Part shown: positions 8,672 through 18,805 of the stretch, one piece after another
How the letters are laid out: each line of letters begins with the position of its first letter
Numbering within the stretch: the stretch's first letter is position 1
Source of the DNA: Candidatus Kapaibacterium sp.
GTDB lineage: Bacteria > Bacteroidota > Ignavibacteria > Kapaibacteriales > NICIL-2
Length of the DNA stretch: 64,000 bases
Reading direction: 5' to 3'
Assembly: GCA_026003475.1 (NCBI GenBank)
Contig: BPHJ01000001.1
Coordinates: 613,189 to 677,188 of the forward strand
Position numbers and translations under genes: made by a program
Notes under the pieces: model-generated
What the model saw: the letters and a program-made list of their open reading frames with translations, nothing else
The model's database searches: none
Told to the model about the DNA's origin: nothing

Positions 8672-9739
8672 ATGAATCGGACACGACTATTGATCGCACT
8701 TGGCGTCATTGTTTTGGCTGCTGCGTATCTGCTTCCACTGTGGCGTATTGAGTTGCAAGCACCTCAGTATCCTGAGCCGATTGGAATGCTAATCCACGTG
8801 AACACAATTCGTGGGATCGGGGAAAACGACTTGGAGAATATCAACATCCTGAATCACTACATCGGGATGAGAGCTATTGAGCCAGAGAGCATACCGGAGC
8901 TCCGTTTTATGCCATGGATACTTGCTGGACTGATTGTTCTTGGTATCGTGGCTCTGCTGTATCCACGACGATGGCTCATTGGGTTCTGGGTAGCAGCCCT
9001 GATTACCAGTGGTGCAGTTGGGCTTTATGATTTCAACCAATGGGAAGTTGACTACGGAACCAATCTCAATCCCACTGCGCCCATCAAAATTGAAGGTATG
9101 ACCTATAAGCCACCACTCATTGGTACCGAACAATTGCTCAATATCACCGCACATTCCTATCCATCGTGGGGTGGCTATGCAGTGGTGGTAGCAATTCTGC
9201 TGGGCATCGCTGCGATCTACTGTTCGAGTCAGAAGGCCGGGAGACTCTGTAAGAGCTCTGATCAGAAAAGCACGGCAGCTTCGGCTTTCGCAAAAGCATC
9301 AATGTCGTTGGCGCTCTGGCTTTTGGTATCGACAGGGCTTTCGTGCTCGCCATCCCCTGAGCCAATCCGCTATGGGAGCGATGAATGTACCGTATGCAAG
9401 ATGATCATCAGTGACCAGCGCTTTGGGGCGGAGATCGTGTCCACAACGGGAAAGGTGTACAAGTTCGATTCGATTGAATGCATGGTCAATCACCTTCTGC
9501 GCCAACGGCAGCAAGATGGAACAGTCGCACTCACCCTTGTGGTGAATTTTTTCTCTCCCGGAACCTTAATGGATGCACACAATGCACACTACCTTCGTAG
9601 CGAGAATCTCCCCAGTCCCATGGGAGCCGATTTGAGTGCCTATTCATCCGAGGCCGAGGTTCAGCGTGCCCGGTCACAGTACGGCGGCAGTGTACTTTCG
9701 TGGGAAGAAGTCGAACGCTACATCGCATCCTTGGATTGA
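8672..9739 (+). CDS. nosL: Fusion of the clade II nos membrane protein (NosB-like) and the copper chaperone NosL
   Basis: N-half has PLWRI.L.APQYPE, NINILNHYIGM, MTYKPPLIG and 4 TM segments; C-half has the NosL motifs CTVCKMII, KFDSIECM, SPMG. Confidence 0.85.
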   Translation: MNRTRLLIALGVIVLAAAYLLPLWRIELQAPQYPEPIGMLIHVNTIRGIGENDLENINILNHYIGMRAIEPESIPELRFMPWILAGLIVLGIVALLYPRRWLIGFWVAALITSGAVGLYDFNQWEVDYGTNLNPTAPIKIEGMTYKPPLIGTEQLLNITAHSYPSWGGYAVVVAILLGIAAIYCSSQKAGRLCKSSDQKSTAASAFAKASMSLALWLLVSTGLSCSPSPEPIRYGSDECTVCKMIISDQRFGAEIVSTTGKVYKFDSIECMVNHLLRQRQQDGTVALTLVVNFFSPGTLMDAHNAHYLRSENLPSPMGADLSAYSSEAEVQRARSQYGGSVLSWEEVERYIASLD

Positions 9740-11016
9740 GAACAGGAGTGACCATCGTACTACTTCTCGTCCTGGCTGGATCGTTTGCTTGTGCAGAGGT
9801 AGTGCGCGTCTGCGCCGGGTGTCGCTTTGCTACTCTCGAAAGCGCGATCCGCGTAGCTGCCGCCGGTGATACAATCGTCATCGAGGCGGGGCGATACAAC
9901 TCAACCCATGTGCTCATCACCAAGCCGCTAACCATTATTGGCAATGACAATCCAATCCTCGATGGCGGGGGAACTGGGACTGTCATCACCGTGCGGAGTG
10001 TACCCGTCTCGATTCGTAACGTCGTCATTACCAACACGGGTTTTTCATCGCTTGATGAATACGCTGCTATCAAGCTCATTGAGAGTACCGCCAGCACTGT
10101 GGAGAACATCGAAGCTCAACGCTGTGCATTTGGGGTAGTTCTCTACCGTTCATCACAGTGCATACTCTCGAATATTCGGTGCGAGGGCACCAGCGCGGCT
10201 GAGTCGCTTTCGGGTAATGGTATCCATCTCTGGAAGTCGCCCTCGTGCAGGATTAAGCACTGTTACGTCGCTCACCATCGGGATGGACTGTACTTTGAAT
10301 TCAGTCGGCACTGCAGCATCGAATCAAACGAGAGCGTAGCAAATATGCGCTACGGTTTGCACTTTATGTTTTCTGACAGCAATGCATACCGGAACAACGT
10401 GTTCCGCAGTAATGCCGCTGGCGTTGCGGTGATGTACTCCCGCAATGTTCTCATGGACGCGAACGTTTTTGCTGATAACTGGGGACCGAGTAGTTATGGA
10501 TTGTTGCTCAAGGATATCAATCAGAGTCGGATCAGCAACAATGTGTTCGATAGGAATACTGTTGCAATCTACATGGAAGGAACCGATGGCACAAGGTTCA
10601 CAACGAACCTTTTCCGTGCCAATGGGTGGGCACTGAAGGCACTCGGAAGTTGCATCGGTGATACTCTCGAGGACAATTCGTTCGTAGCCAACACGTTCGA
10701 CGTGATGACCAACGCCTATCACACCGAGCTGATCTGTCGGCGCAACTACTGGGACCAATACCGTGGCTACGATCTCGATCACGATGGGTTGGGCGATGTG
10801 CCGCATCGTCCGGTCTCGGTTTTCTCGATGCTGGTTGAACGGGTGCCGACAGCAGTATTGCTGCTCCGAAGCTTTGTTGTTGAGCTGTTGACATACGTTG
10901 AACGTGTCATTCCATCGCTGATTCCAGCAGCACTACTGGATCCGATGCCGCGAATGGCTCCACCAAGCTCCGCAACGCCGTCCCATTTTGATCGCACTCG
11001 TCAACCAGAGATCTAA
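9736..11016 (+). CDS. nosD: Nitrous oxide reductase maturation protein NosD
   Basis: Beta-helix (CASH) repeats; GNGIHLW, HRDGLYFEFS, RYGLHFMFS, GVAVMYS, NYWDQYRGYDLDHDGLGDVP. Start uncertain (TTG 9736 overlaps the upstream stop). Confidence 0.93.
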   Translation: MRTGVTIVLLLVLAGSFACAEVVRVCAGCRFATLESAIRVAAAGDTIVIEAGRYNSTHVLITKPLTIIGNDNPILDGGGTGTVITVRSVPVSIRNVVITNTGFSSLDEYAAIKLIESTASTVENIEAQRCAFGVVLYRSSQCILSNIRCEGTSAAESLSGNGIHLWKSPSCRIKHCYVAHHRDGLYFEFSRHCSIESNESVANMRYGLHFMFSDSNAYRNNVFRSNAAGVAVMYSRNVLMDANVFADNWGPSSYGLLLKDINQSRISNNVFDRNTVAIYMEGTDGTRFTTNLFRANGWALKALGSCIGDTLEDNSFVANTFDVMTNAYHTELICRRNYWDQYRGYDLDHDGLGDVPHRPVSVFSMLVERVPTAVLLLRSFVVELLTYVERVIPSLIPAALLDPMPRMAPPSSATPSHFDRTRQPEI

Positions 11017-11022
11017 GTCACG

Positions 11023-11757
11023 ATGAATCAACCTTCACTTCCACTGCTCAAGGTAGCTGGACTCACCAAACGGTATGGCAAGTATGAGGCGCTTCGTGGA
11101 GTGGATTTGGAGATCAATGCTGGGGAAATCGTTGCTCTCATGGGTCCCAACGGATCAGGAAAGAGCACATTGATCAAGAGCATTGTTGGTCTGGTGTATC
11201 CCGATCGCGGGAGCATTCAGATTGCTGGCCACGACGCTCGGAATGGTACTGTCTACCGCCGAGTTCTTGGGTACATGCCACAAGTAGCACGCTACCCAGA
11301 AACGCTGACTGTTGGGGAGCTCTTCCGGCTACTTACCGAGCTACGCCGAGATTGCACCGAGTATGACCGAGAACTCTACGATGAGCTCCGTATCGAATCG
11401 TTCGAGCACAAACAGCTTGGAATGCTGTCTGGTGGTCAGCGGCAGCGAGTCAGTGCTGCGCTTGCATTCTATTTTGCTCCAAGTGTCCTTCTCCTCGATG
11501 AGCCAACTGCCGGACTCGATCCTGTTTCGACAGAGACTATCAAAGCAAAAATTCGCGCGGAGCAGCAGCGCGGAAAAGCGTTTCTCATCACGACACATAG
11601 CCCACAGGACGCAATGGAACTTGCTCATCGGCTGGTGTACGTCTACGAGGGCAAGATCCGCATTGATGCTCCGTTGGAAGCGATCATGGCAGTATCTGCC
11701 TCGGGTAGTCTGATGCCAGCAATTGCATGGTATCTCCAAACACAGGTGGAGCGATGA
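11023..11757 (+). CDS. nosF: ABC transporter ATP-binding protein NosF
   Basis: Walker A GPNGSGKS, LSGGQRQR, LLLDEPTAGLD; located between nosD and nosY. Confidence 0.9.
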   Translation: MNQPSLPLLKVAGLTKRYGKYEALRGVDLEINAGEIVALMGPNGSGKSTLIKSIVGLVYPDRGSIQIAGHDARNGTVYRRVLGYMPQVARYPETLTVGELFRLLTELRRDCTEYDRELYDELRIESFEHKQLGMLSGGQRQRVSAALAFYFAPSVLLLDEPTAGLDPVSTETIKAKIRAEQQRGKAFLITTHSPQDAMELAHRLVYVYEGKIRIDAPLEAIMAVSASGSLMPAIAWYLQTQVER

Positions 11758-12527
11758 CGACAGCACTACTCCTGGCGCGTGCAGCGTTCATGCAAACGCT
11801 CCGCAGCCGATCGGTGATAGGATATAGTATGGCATGGGCAGGGTTGATTGCTGCTACTACCCTGTTCAGTGGTAATGCTATGAATGCAACGCTGACAATC
11901 GTCAGCTTTCAGCTCTTGATTGTTCCCCTTGTCACATTGATGCTGGTTTCACTGCAACACTACAACAACCGTGAATTCACCGAATTACTCTTAGCCCAGC
12001 CAATTCGTCGCAGCGCGTACTACTGGGGGCAGTGGTTTGGTGTAAGCGTAGCCTTGAGCTTTATGCATGCGATACCAATCGTTGGTGGCTATGCCATCTG
12101 GCAGAAGTACAACGTTCTGCTGCTGTGCAGTAGCGGCATTGTCTTGACGCTCACGTTCAGCAGCCTTGCCTATCGAATTGCCGTCGGTCAACCAGACAAG
12201 GCGCGGGGGATTGGGATCGCCCTACTTGTGTGGCTTTACTGTGCGATGATCTACGATGCGATTATCGTTGTCGTAATGGCGCTGCTCCAGGATTATCCGC
12301 TGGAGAACATCCTCCTTGTTCTTCTTGCGCTCAACCCGATTGATGCAATCCGGGTTGCCGTTCTGCTCCAAACCGATACGGCGGCGTTGATGGGGGTGAC
12401 AGGTGCATACCTGCGTGCGTTTTTCGGTACCGACAAGAGTCTCTTCGCGATTGCTGCAGTCGTTACCGTTTGGATCGGGTATCCCCTTGTTCGCGGGCAG
12501 CGCATCTTTCGCATCCGTGATTTTTAG
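11754..12527 (+). CDS. nosY: ABC transporter permease NosY
   Basis: About 6 TM segments; NNREFTELLLAQPI.R, LNPIDAIR, AALMGVTGA; ATGA overlap with nosF. Confidence 0.88.
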   Translation: MTTALLLARAAFMQTLRSRSVIGYSMAWAGLIAATTLFSGNAMNATLTIVSFQLLIVPLVTLMLVSLQHYNNREFTELLLAQPIRRSAYYWGQWFGVSVALSFMHAIPIVGGYAIWQKYNVLLLCSSGIVLTLTFSSLAYRIAVGQPDKARGIGIALLVWLYCAMIYDAIIVVVMALLQDYPLENILLVLLALNPIDAIRVAVLLQTDTAALMGVTGAYLRAFFGTDKSLFAIAAVVTVWIGYPLVRGQRIFRIRDF

Positions 12528-13027
12528 AGTGCCTCTTCCTGCTGTCGGGATGCGTAGAAAAATGGCAACAGTGCTAATGCGGTTGTGTAGAGTGCAGCGG
12601 CGATACCGTTCTTCACGTAGAACTCGCCCAGCGGAATATCAGCGGGTCGAGTGTAGAGGAGAGAGTACACCGCATTGTGCACTAATGCACACAGAAGAGT
12701 TACGCCGACGTAGCGTGTAGAACCGATGCTGCTGCGTATGGTTGCTTCCTCACGCCAAAAAAATCCAGCAACGTAACCGGCAACTAACTTGACCAGCGCA
12801 TTCGATCCCAGCACGTCGGTCGAGACAATATCGAATAGCAGTCCACTGAAAAAACCAAAGAGGATTGCCGGAAATTGTCCCTTATGCAGCGCCAGTGCAA
12901 CAATGACTAAAAGCAACAAATCGGGCGTGATTCCACCAACGGAGAGCAGATTGCTCGCGATCGTACCGACGATAATCGCCAGCAGAGCTGCAATAGTGTA
13001 TACGCCGTATTCCCCGATACCCCTCAT
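12524..13027 (-). CDS. mreD: Rod shape-determining protein MreD
   Basis: Hydrophobic protein with PDLLLL and GF.SGLLFD motifs, downstream of mreC; start refined to ATG 13027. Confidence 0.88.
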   Translation of the reverse strand: MRGIGEYGVYTIAALLAIIVGTIASNLLSVGGITPDLLLLVIVALALHKGQFPAILFGFFSGLLFDIVSTDVLGSNALVKLVAGYVAGFFWREEATIRSSIGSTRYVGVTLLCALVHNAVYSLLYTRPADIPLGEFYVKNGIAAALYTTALALLPFFYASRQQEEAL

Positions 13028-13055
13028 GGTGAACTCACGGCCCTGTGTTCCCGAT

Positions 13056-13910
13056 TCATCTGCCGGTGATGCGATGGTTGATAAATTCCTGCAGTGCGTT
13101 TTCGAGCGTGAGCTGTTCGGTCGGCGGTGTGTGCAGGATGACAAATACCTGTTCTAAGCGCCAGAACTCCACACGTGGTCGGACTGTAATGCGGTAGAAC
13201 ATCGAGCTTGGGTCGGGAACAACGCTTTCGACGGTCCCGATTGGAATCTCCGGGAAATATCGCGTGCTCAGGGAACTTGTCACAACGAGATCACCAACCT
13301 GCACGGTGTGCGTCTTGGGAATGTTGTGGAGCAACAGGTACTCGAATCCATCCCACGCAATGATACCTTCTTCGCGTGTGGAGGCAAGCCGGGCACTGAC
13401 TCGAACATCACGATTGAAGAGCGTCTGAACGATTGCAAAGTGTCCACTTGTTCCGATTACACTGCCAACAAGTCCTGCGTCGGTGACAACATTCATTCCT
13501 GGTTTGATACCATCGTTGCTGCCACGGTCGAGTGTGATGTACTGGCGGGTACGGAAAGTGGTTTTTCCCACCACAGAGGCAGCACGGTAGGTAAACATGG
13601 CATTCTGCCGGAGCGCGAGCATTCGGCGAAGCTGCTCATTCTCGATGCCTGCCTTTCGCAGAACCATTACTTCTTGGAGCAATTCCATGTTGATCTGGCG
13701 TAGCGCTTGATTCTCCCGTTGGAGGGCAATGGGGTTGGGAATCCAGGCGACGGCTTCCTGTGCAAGTCCCAAGCCTCCGATGATCAACGCACGAAATCCG
13801 CCAAGCTGGGTGACGTCGCCATACGACATCAGTGCCAACGCAATGATACTGAGCAGGACGGCGATGATGTGCTCACGGTAGCGGAGAACAAATTCGATGA
13901 ACCGTTGCAT
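13056..13910 (-). CDS. mreC: Rod shape-determining protein MreC
   Basis: N-terminal TM, coiled coil (ENEQLRRML), ITLDRGSNDGIKPGMNVV, GLVG, GDLVVTS, FPEIPIG. Confidence 0.95.
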   Translation of the reverse strand: MQRFIEFVLRYREHIIAVLLSIIALALMSYGDVTQLGGFRALIIGGLGLAQEAVAWIPNPIALQRENQALRQINMELLQEVMVLRKAGIENEQLRRMLALRQNAMFTYRAASVVGKTTFRTRQYITLDRGSNDGIKPGMNVVTDAGLVGSVIGTSGHFAIVQTLFNRDVRVSARLASTREEGIIAWDGFEYLLLHNIPKTHTVQVGDLVVTSSLSTRYFPEIPIGTVESVVPDPSSMFYRITVRPRVEFWRLEQVFVILHTPPTEQLTLENALQEFINHRITGR

Positions 13911-13916
13911 GGCGCA

Positions 13917-15017
<1,101 letters not shown>

Positions 15018-15047
15018 CAAACTTTCTTGCCCGCTGCGTATCTACGG

Positions 15048-15434
15048 CTATGGTCGGTCTTTCGTGCTGCGCTGAAACAGCGAGCTGAGGTAGGCTCGAA
15101 ACGATAACTCTGCTGGAGCAGGTGCCGTTGGTATTCGGACGGAGTTCGGTGGTGAGGGTTCACCCTTCGGAAAGGGTTGGGGGCTGGTTCCCGCAAGTGT
15201 GCCCAGCAGGTTGATGCTCTGCTCGGTAACGCCCAGAAGGAGGCGCTTATCCCCAACGTCCACAATAACAAGCGTTGCTTTCGGTGCCAGCGGTTGCCGG
15301 GCAATAATGCGAATCGGTATCCCGCTTATGCTACCGCGTTGACGAGCAAACCGGCGGAGGACGACAGCAACGATCGCAAGTGCTACGATGCTTGCGACAA
15401 GAACAAGTGCGGCATTGACAATCGTCCAATCCAT
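15048..15434 (-). CDS. fliO: Flagellar biosynthesis protein FliO-like
   Basis: Single N-terminal TM, then IRIIARQPLAPKATLVIVDVGDKRLLLGVTEQSINLL, which matches the FliO pattern. Confidence 0.75.
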   Translation of the reverse strand: MDWTIVNAALVLVASIVALAIVAVVLRRFARQRGSISGIPIRIIARQPLAPKATLVIVDVGDKRLLLGVTEQSINLLGTLAGTSPQPFPKGEPSPPNSVRIPTAPAPAELSFRAYLSSLFQRSTKDRP

Positions 15435-15476
15435 TCGGTCAGCTCTCGGTAACCGGCTGCGAACTTAGCAAGTCGG

Positions 15477-15491
15477 TGCTGTAATTTGCAC
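15477..15491 (+). promoter_or_regulatory. Putative promoter element TGCTGTAATTTGCAC upstream of the nitrilase gene
   Basis: The identical 15-mer occurs at 27627-27641 upstream of pyrC; it contains a TAnnTTGC variant of the -7 element. Confidence 0.5.
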
Positions 15492-15511
15492 CATCATCGA
15501 GCGCTCACGAC

Positions 15512-16303
15512 ATGAATGTTGCTGTTGTCCAGATGGAGCCAGCATTCGGCGATCTCGAAGCAAACTGTGCGCGGATATGTTCGCTGCTGGCTCGTGCTGA
15601 TGCACCAGTGGTGATTTTCCCCGAACTGGCGCTCAGCGGATACTTTTTTACCGACCGCCAGCAGCTCCACCAGCTTGCACTTGAGCGAGACGCGAGCTTG
15701 CTGCAGGCAATCGAGGACGTAGCGACCAAGCAGGGAAAGATTGCGATCGTTGGGTTTCCGGAAAAGGAGGGGGACAACATCTACAATGCAGTGGTGCTGC
15801 TCGGATATCAAACCGAGCGATGCTACTATCGGAAAGTTCACCTGTTCTACAAAGAACGCTTTGTCTTCACCGAAGGCAATGTAGGCTTTCCGGTGGCCCG
15901 CGTTGCATCCCTCGACCTGCACATTGGGCTGATGATCTGCTACGACTGGCGATTTCCCGAAGCAGCGCGAACGCTGGCGCTCCAGGGTGCTGATCTCATC
16001 GCGTGCCCGTCGAACTTGGTCACCCACATTTGGCGAATGGCAATGCCGGTTCGCGCGCTCGAAAACAAGGTCTATGTCGCTGTCGCCAACCGCATTGGCA
16101 CCGAGTCTAATGGCGATGAAACGCTTTCGTTCAATGGGCGTTCGGCGATCTATGGCTACAACGGGTCGGTGCTTGCCGAGCTGCCCGCAGATGTGGAAGG
16201 AATTGCCGTTGCCCCGATTGAGCCTGACAAGACTCGTTCGAAGTCGTTCAATCCGATCAACGATCTGTTTGCCGATCGCCGACCGTGGGCCTATCGGCTT
16301 TAG
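15512..16303 (+). CDS. Carbon-nitrogen hydrolase (nitrilase superfamily)
   Basis: Catalytic triad in FPELALSGY, YRKVHL, ICYDWRFPEAAR; also RALEN and ANRIG. Confidence 0.93.
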   Translation: MNVAVVQMEPAFGDLEANCARICSLLARADAPVVIFPELALSGYFFTDRQQLHQLALERDASLLQAIEDVATKQGKIAIVGFPEKEGDNIYNAVVLLGYQTERCYYRKVHLFYKERFVFTEGNVGFPVARVASLDLHIGLMICYDWRFPEAARTLALQGADLIACPSNLVTHIWRMAMPVRALENKVYVAVANRIGTESNGDETLSFNGRSAIYGYNGSVLAELPADVEGIAVAPIEPDKTRSKSFNPINDLFADRRPWAYRL

Positions 16304-16314
16304 TTGGCGATTCG

Positions 16315-16322
16315 TAGTTTTG
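16315..16322 (+). promoter_or_regulatory. Bacteroidota-type -7 promoter element upstream of pspA
   Basis: TAGTTTTG, 35 nt before ATG 16358. Confidence 0.55.
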
Positions 16323-16357
16323 AATTGGTGTTCTGTTGCATTACTGCGTTCCGACCA

Positions 16358-17050
16358 ATGGGCATCTTTAGTCGAATTGCCGACATCTTCAAAGCAAACG
16401 TCAACGATGCGCTCGACCGCGCCGAGGACCCGGAAAAAATGCTCAAACAGATGGTCCTCGAAATGGAAGAGTCGGTCAACAAAGCCACCTTCGCTGTTGC
16501 ACAAGCGATTGCCAACGAGAAATCACTCGAGCGGAAGATTGCCAAGGCTCAGGACCAGTCACGTGATTGGCAGCAGAAAGCCCTCCAGGCCCTCCAAGCC
16601 GGCCGCGAAGACTTAGCGCGTGCTGCGCTCGAGAAGAAAGCGATTGCCGATCGGAACGCCGCTGATCTGCAGCCCATCTATGAACAAGCAAAAGCAACCA
16701 CTGCCAAGCTCCGCCAACAACTCGATCAACTCAAAGCAAAACTCGATGAAGCAAGGTCGCGGCAAAGCACCCTGATTGCTCGGTCGCAGGCCGCCAAAGC
16801 GCAAAAGCAAATTGCCCAAGCCTTCAGTGGCGTCGGTTCGGATGCCTTCTCGAAGTTCGATAAATTCGAAGGGAAGATCGAACAGCTCGAAGCCGAAGCC
16901 ACCGCCTTCGAACAGTTGGCTGGCGAAAGTAGCTCTCTTGAGCAAGAATTCAAACTACTGGGATCAAGCCACACCGTCGAGGAAGAATTGGCAAAACTCA
17001 AAGCCTCGCTCGGTCAGCTTCCGCCACGCACCACAGAATCTAACGAGTAG
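16358..17050 (+). CDS. pspA: PspA/IM30 family protein
   Basis: MGIFSRIADIFKANVNDALDRAEDPEKMLKQ, GREDLARAAL, coiled coil, FDKFEGKI, ELAKLK. Confidence 0.95.
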   Translation: MGIFSRIADIFKANVNDALDRAEDPEKMLKQMVLEMEESVNKATFAVAQAIANEKSLERKIAKAQDQSRDWQQKALQALQAGREDLARAALEKKAIADRNAADLQPIYEQAKATTAKLRQQLDQLKAKLDEARSRQSTLIARSQAAKAQKQIAQAFSGVGSDAFSKFDKFEGKIEQLEAEATAFEQLAGESSSLEQEFKLLGSSHTVEEELAKLKASLGQLPPRTTESNE

Positions 17051-17082
17051 TCACCATTCCTCATTTCCTGTTGGAGAACACT

Positions 17083-17523
17083 ATGCCAACACCTCCTGAA
17101 TTGATCGAAGCTACCCGCCAACGCGTCGAAAGCATCTTGCGCGATGCGTTTCCTGAATACGTGCCGTTCTCGAATGGCTCCTTTTCGGTTTCGTATGGCT
17201 CGACGCAAGTGATCATCGTCGTCAGACCGTTCACGGAAACAGAATGCGTCGTCGAGTGTATCGCGCATGTTGTCTCCGGTGCGAAAATCAGCGAGGAACT
17301 CTTGCGGTACCTGCTCCGCAAGAACGCTGAAATTCATCTGGGTGGCTTCGGGCTACTCTTCGATGATACCATCATCTTCTCCCACTCGATTACTGCCACC
17401 AACATGGATCGGAACGAGCTGGTGACGACTATAACCAGCGTCGCAATCATCGCTGATCATTACGACGACGAGATCGTTGCCATGGCAGGAGGGCAGCGTG
17501 CTGCCGATGTTCGCGCAGAGTAA
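17083..17523 (+). CDS. YbjN-domain / T3SS chaperone-fold protein
   Basis: YGST.V.I.V, LLRYLLRKNA..HLGGFGL, IADHYDDEIV...GG; acidic protein of about 146 aa. Confidence 0.75.
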   Translation: MPTPPELIEATRQRVESILRDAFPEYVPFSNGSFSVSYGSTQVIIVVRPFTETECVVECIAHVVSGAKISEELLRYLLRKNAEIHLGGFGLLFDDTIIFSHSITATNMDRNELVTTITSVAIIADHYDDEIVAMAGGQRAADVRAE

Positions 17524-17552
17524 TCACCAGCAGTAGTCGTGGCGCCGCGAGA

Positions 17553-17581
17553 TTAAACTGCATCCTTCTGTCGAGCGTCAA
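17553..17581 (+). promoter_or_regulatory. Putative autoregulatory ECF sigma promoter
   Basis: TTAAAC-N17-CGTCAA directly upstream of the ECF sigma gene; fits the general ECF AAC/CGT consensus. Confidence 0.55.
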
Positions 17582-17612
17582 AGCTTGCGAGTTGGGCTTA
17601 TCGCAGATACTC

Positions 17613-18209
17613 ATGATGACAGCTCATGCAATGGCGCTCTCGGCAGAAGAAGCAGCACTGATCAATGAATACGTCCACGGCGACCGTGAGCGTGCTGCAA
17701 CGCAGTTCGTTCGCCACTACCAGCGCTTTGTCTACGGCATCGCACTCCGGCACCTCGACGGCAATCACGACGATGCCTGCGACGTTGCGCAAGAAACCTT
17801 CATTCGTGCGCTGCGCCATCTCGATCGCTTCAAGGGTGAAAGCTCGATCCAAACGTGGCTCTACCGGATCACCGTCAACACATGCCTATCGTTTCGGCGT
17901 CGGTGGCGGCGCCATCAGCGGCTCAGCGATGTTGTCGAAAGCGACGACGAGCTACCCTCAACCATCCCAATGCCCGATCGGCAATTGGAAGATCACGAAT
18001 TTGTCGAACGTCTCCATGCAATGCTCAGTAAGCTACCCCCCAAGCAGCGCGAGACGTTTTACCTACGCTACGTCGAGGGACTCAGCTACGAAGAGATTTC
18101 CGGTATCCTTGGTGTGAGTGTCAGCGGACTCAAAGCGAACTACTTTCACGCTGTCCGCAAGATTGCTGCTCTGCTCGGACGTCCCATTCCTCCAGGAGAA
18201 AAGCGATGA
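17613..18209 (+). CDS. RNA polymerase ECF-type sigma factor
   Basis: Region 2 DACDVAQETFIRA...F.GESSIQTWLYRITVN; region 4 LPPKQRETFYLRYVEGLSYEEISGILG. Confidence 0.95.
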   Translation: MMTAHAMALSAEEAALINEYVHGDRERAATQFVRHYQRFVYGIALRHLDGNHDDACDVAQETFIRALRHLDRFKGESSIQTWLYRITVNTCLSFRRRWRRHQRLSDVVESDDELPSTIPMPDRQLEDHEFVERLHAMLSKLPPKQRETFYLRYVEGLSYEEISGILGVSVSGLKANYFHAVRKIAALLGRPIPPGEKR

Positions 18210-18805
18210 ACACCGATCAGCTCCGTCTGCTGCTACCGGACTATGTGGCTGGTACCTTGAGTGAGCAGGAGCGCGCGCTCGTCGAAGCCGCACTTGCGCA
18301 GTCTCCGGAACTCCGTTCGGAGTTGGAGGACATCGCTGGGGTATTTGCTGCATTTCCTGCCAAGCAATTGCGGCAAGAACTCGATTGGCGTGCTCGTACG
18401 ATCAGCGCTGCAGTGAGCCAACATCTGGGTGCAGCCGCAGTGCCGCGTCGGGTGTGGTGGCGGCTTGCTGCTGGTGCTATGGCGGCAGGTGCACTCGCCG
18501 TGTGGGCAATGGTTGGCCTGCAAAAGCACGACCAGCCGCCATCGCCTTCTGCTGTGGCACTCAACCAGAAGGTAGCACCAGTTCAGCAAACGGCCACAAC
18601 AGATACCCACGCCACTGCTTCCTCATTGCCACAAGCACAGCCGCACCCGAAATCGTATCCCGATGCTGCCGTGCAACGCCATGATTCGGGAATAGCTAGG
18701 CTAACGCTCGATGCTCTGGCAATGGCTACTTTTCCCGATGATGCAATTGATTCTCAGTTTGTTGAACATTTTGTCGAGGTATTCAGCGATGCGTCCACGT
18801 ATTAG
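18206..18805 (+). CDS. Membrane-anchored anti-sigma factor
   Basis: LLPDYVAGTLSEQERALVEAAL anti-sigma domain without zinc ligands; one TM; ATGA overlap with the sigma gene. Confidence 0.85.
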   Translation: MNTDQLRLLLPDYVAGTLSEQERALVEAALAQSPELRSELEDIAGVFAAFPAKQLRQELDWRARTISAAVSQHLGAAAVPRRVWWRLAAGAMAAGALAVWAMVGLQKHDQPPSPSAVALNQKVAPVQQTATTDTHATASSLPQAQPHPKSYPDAAVQRHDSGIARLTLDALAMATFPDDAIDSQFVEHFVEVFSDASTY

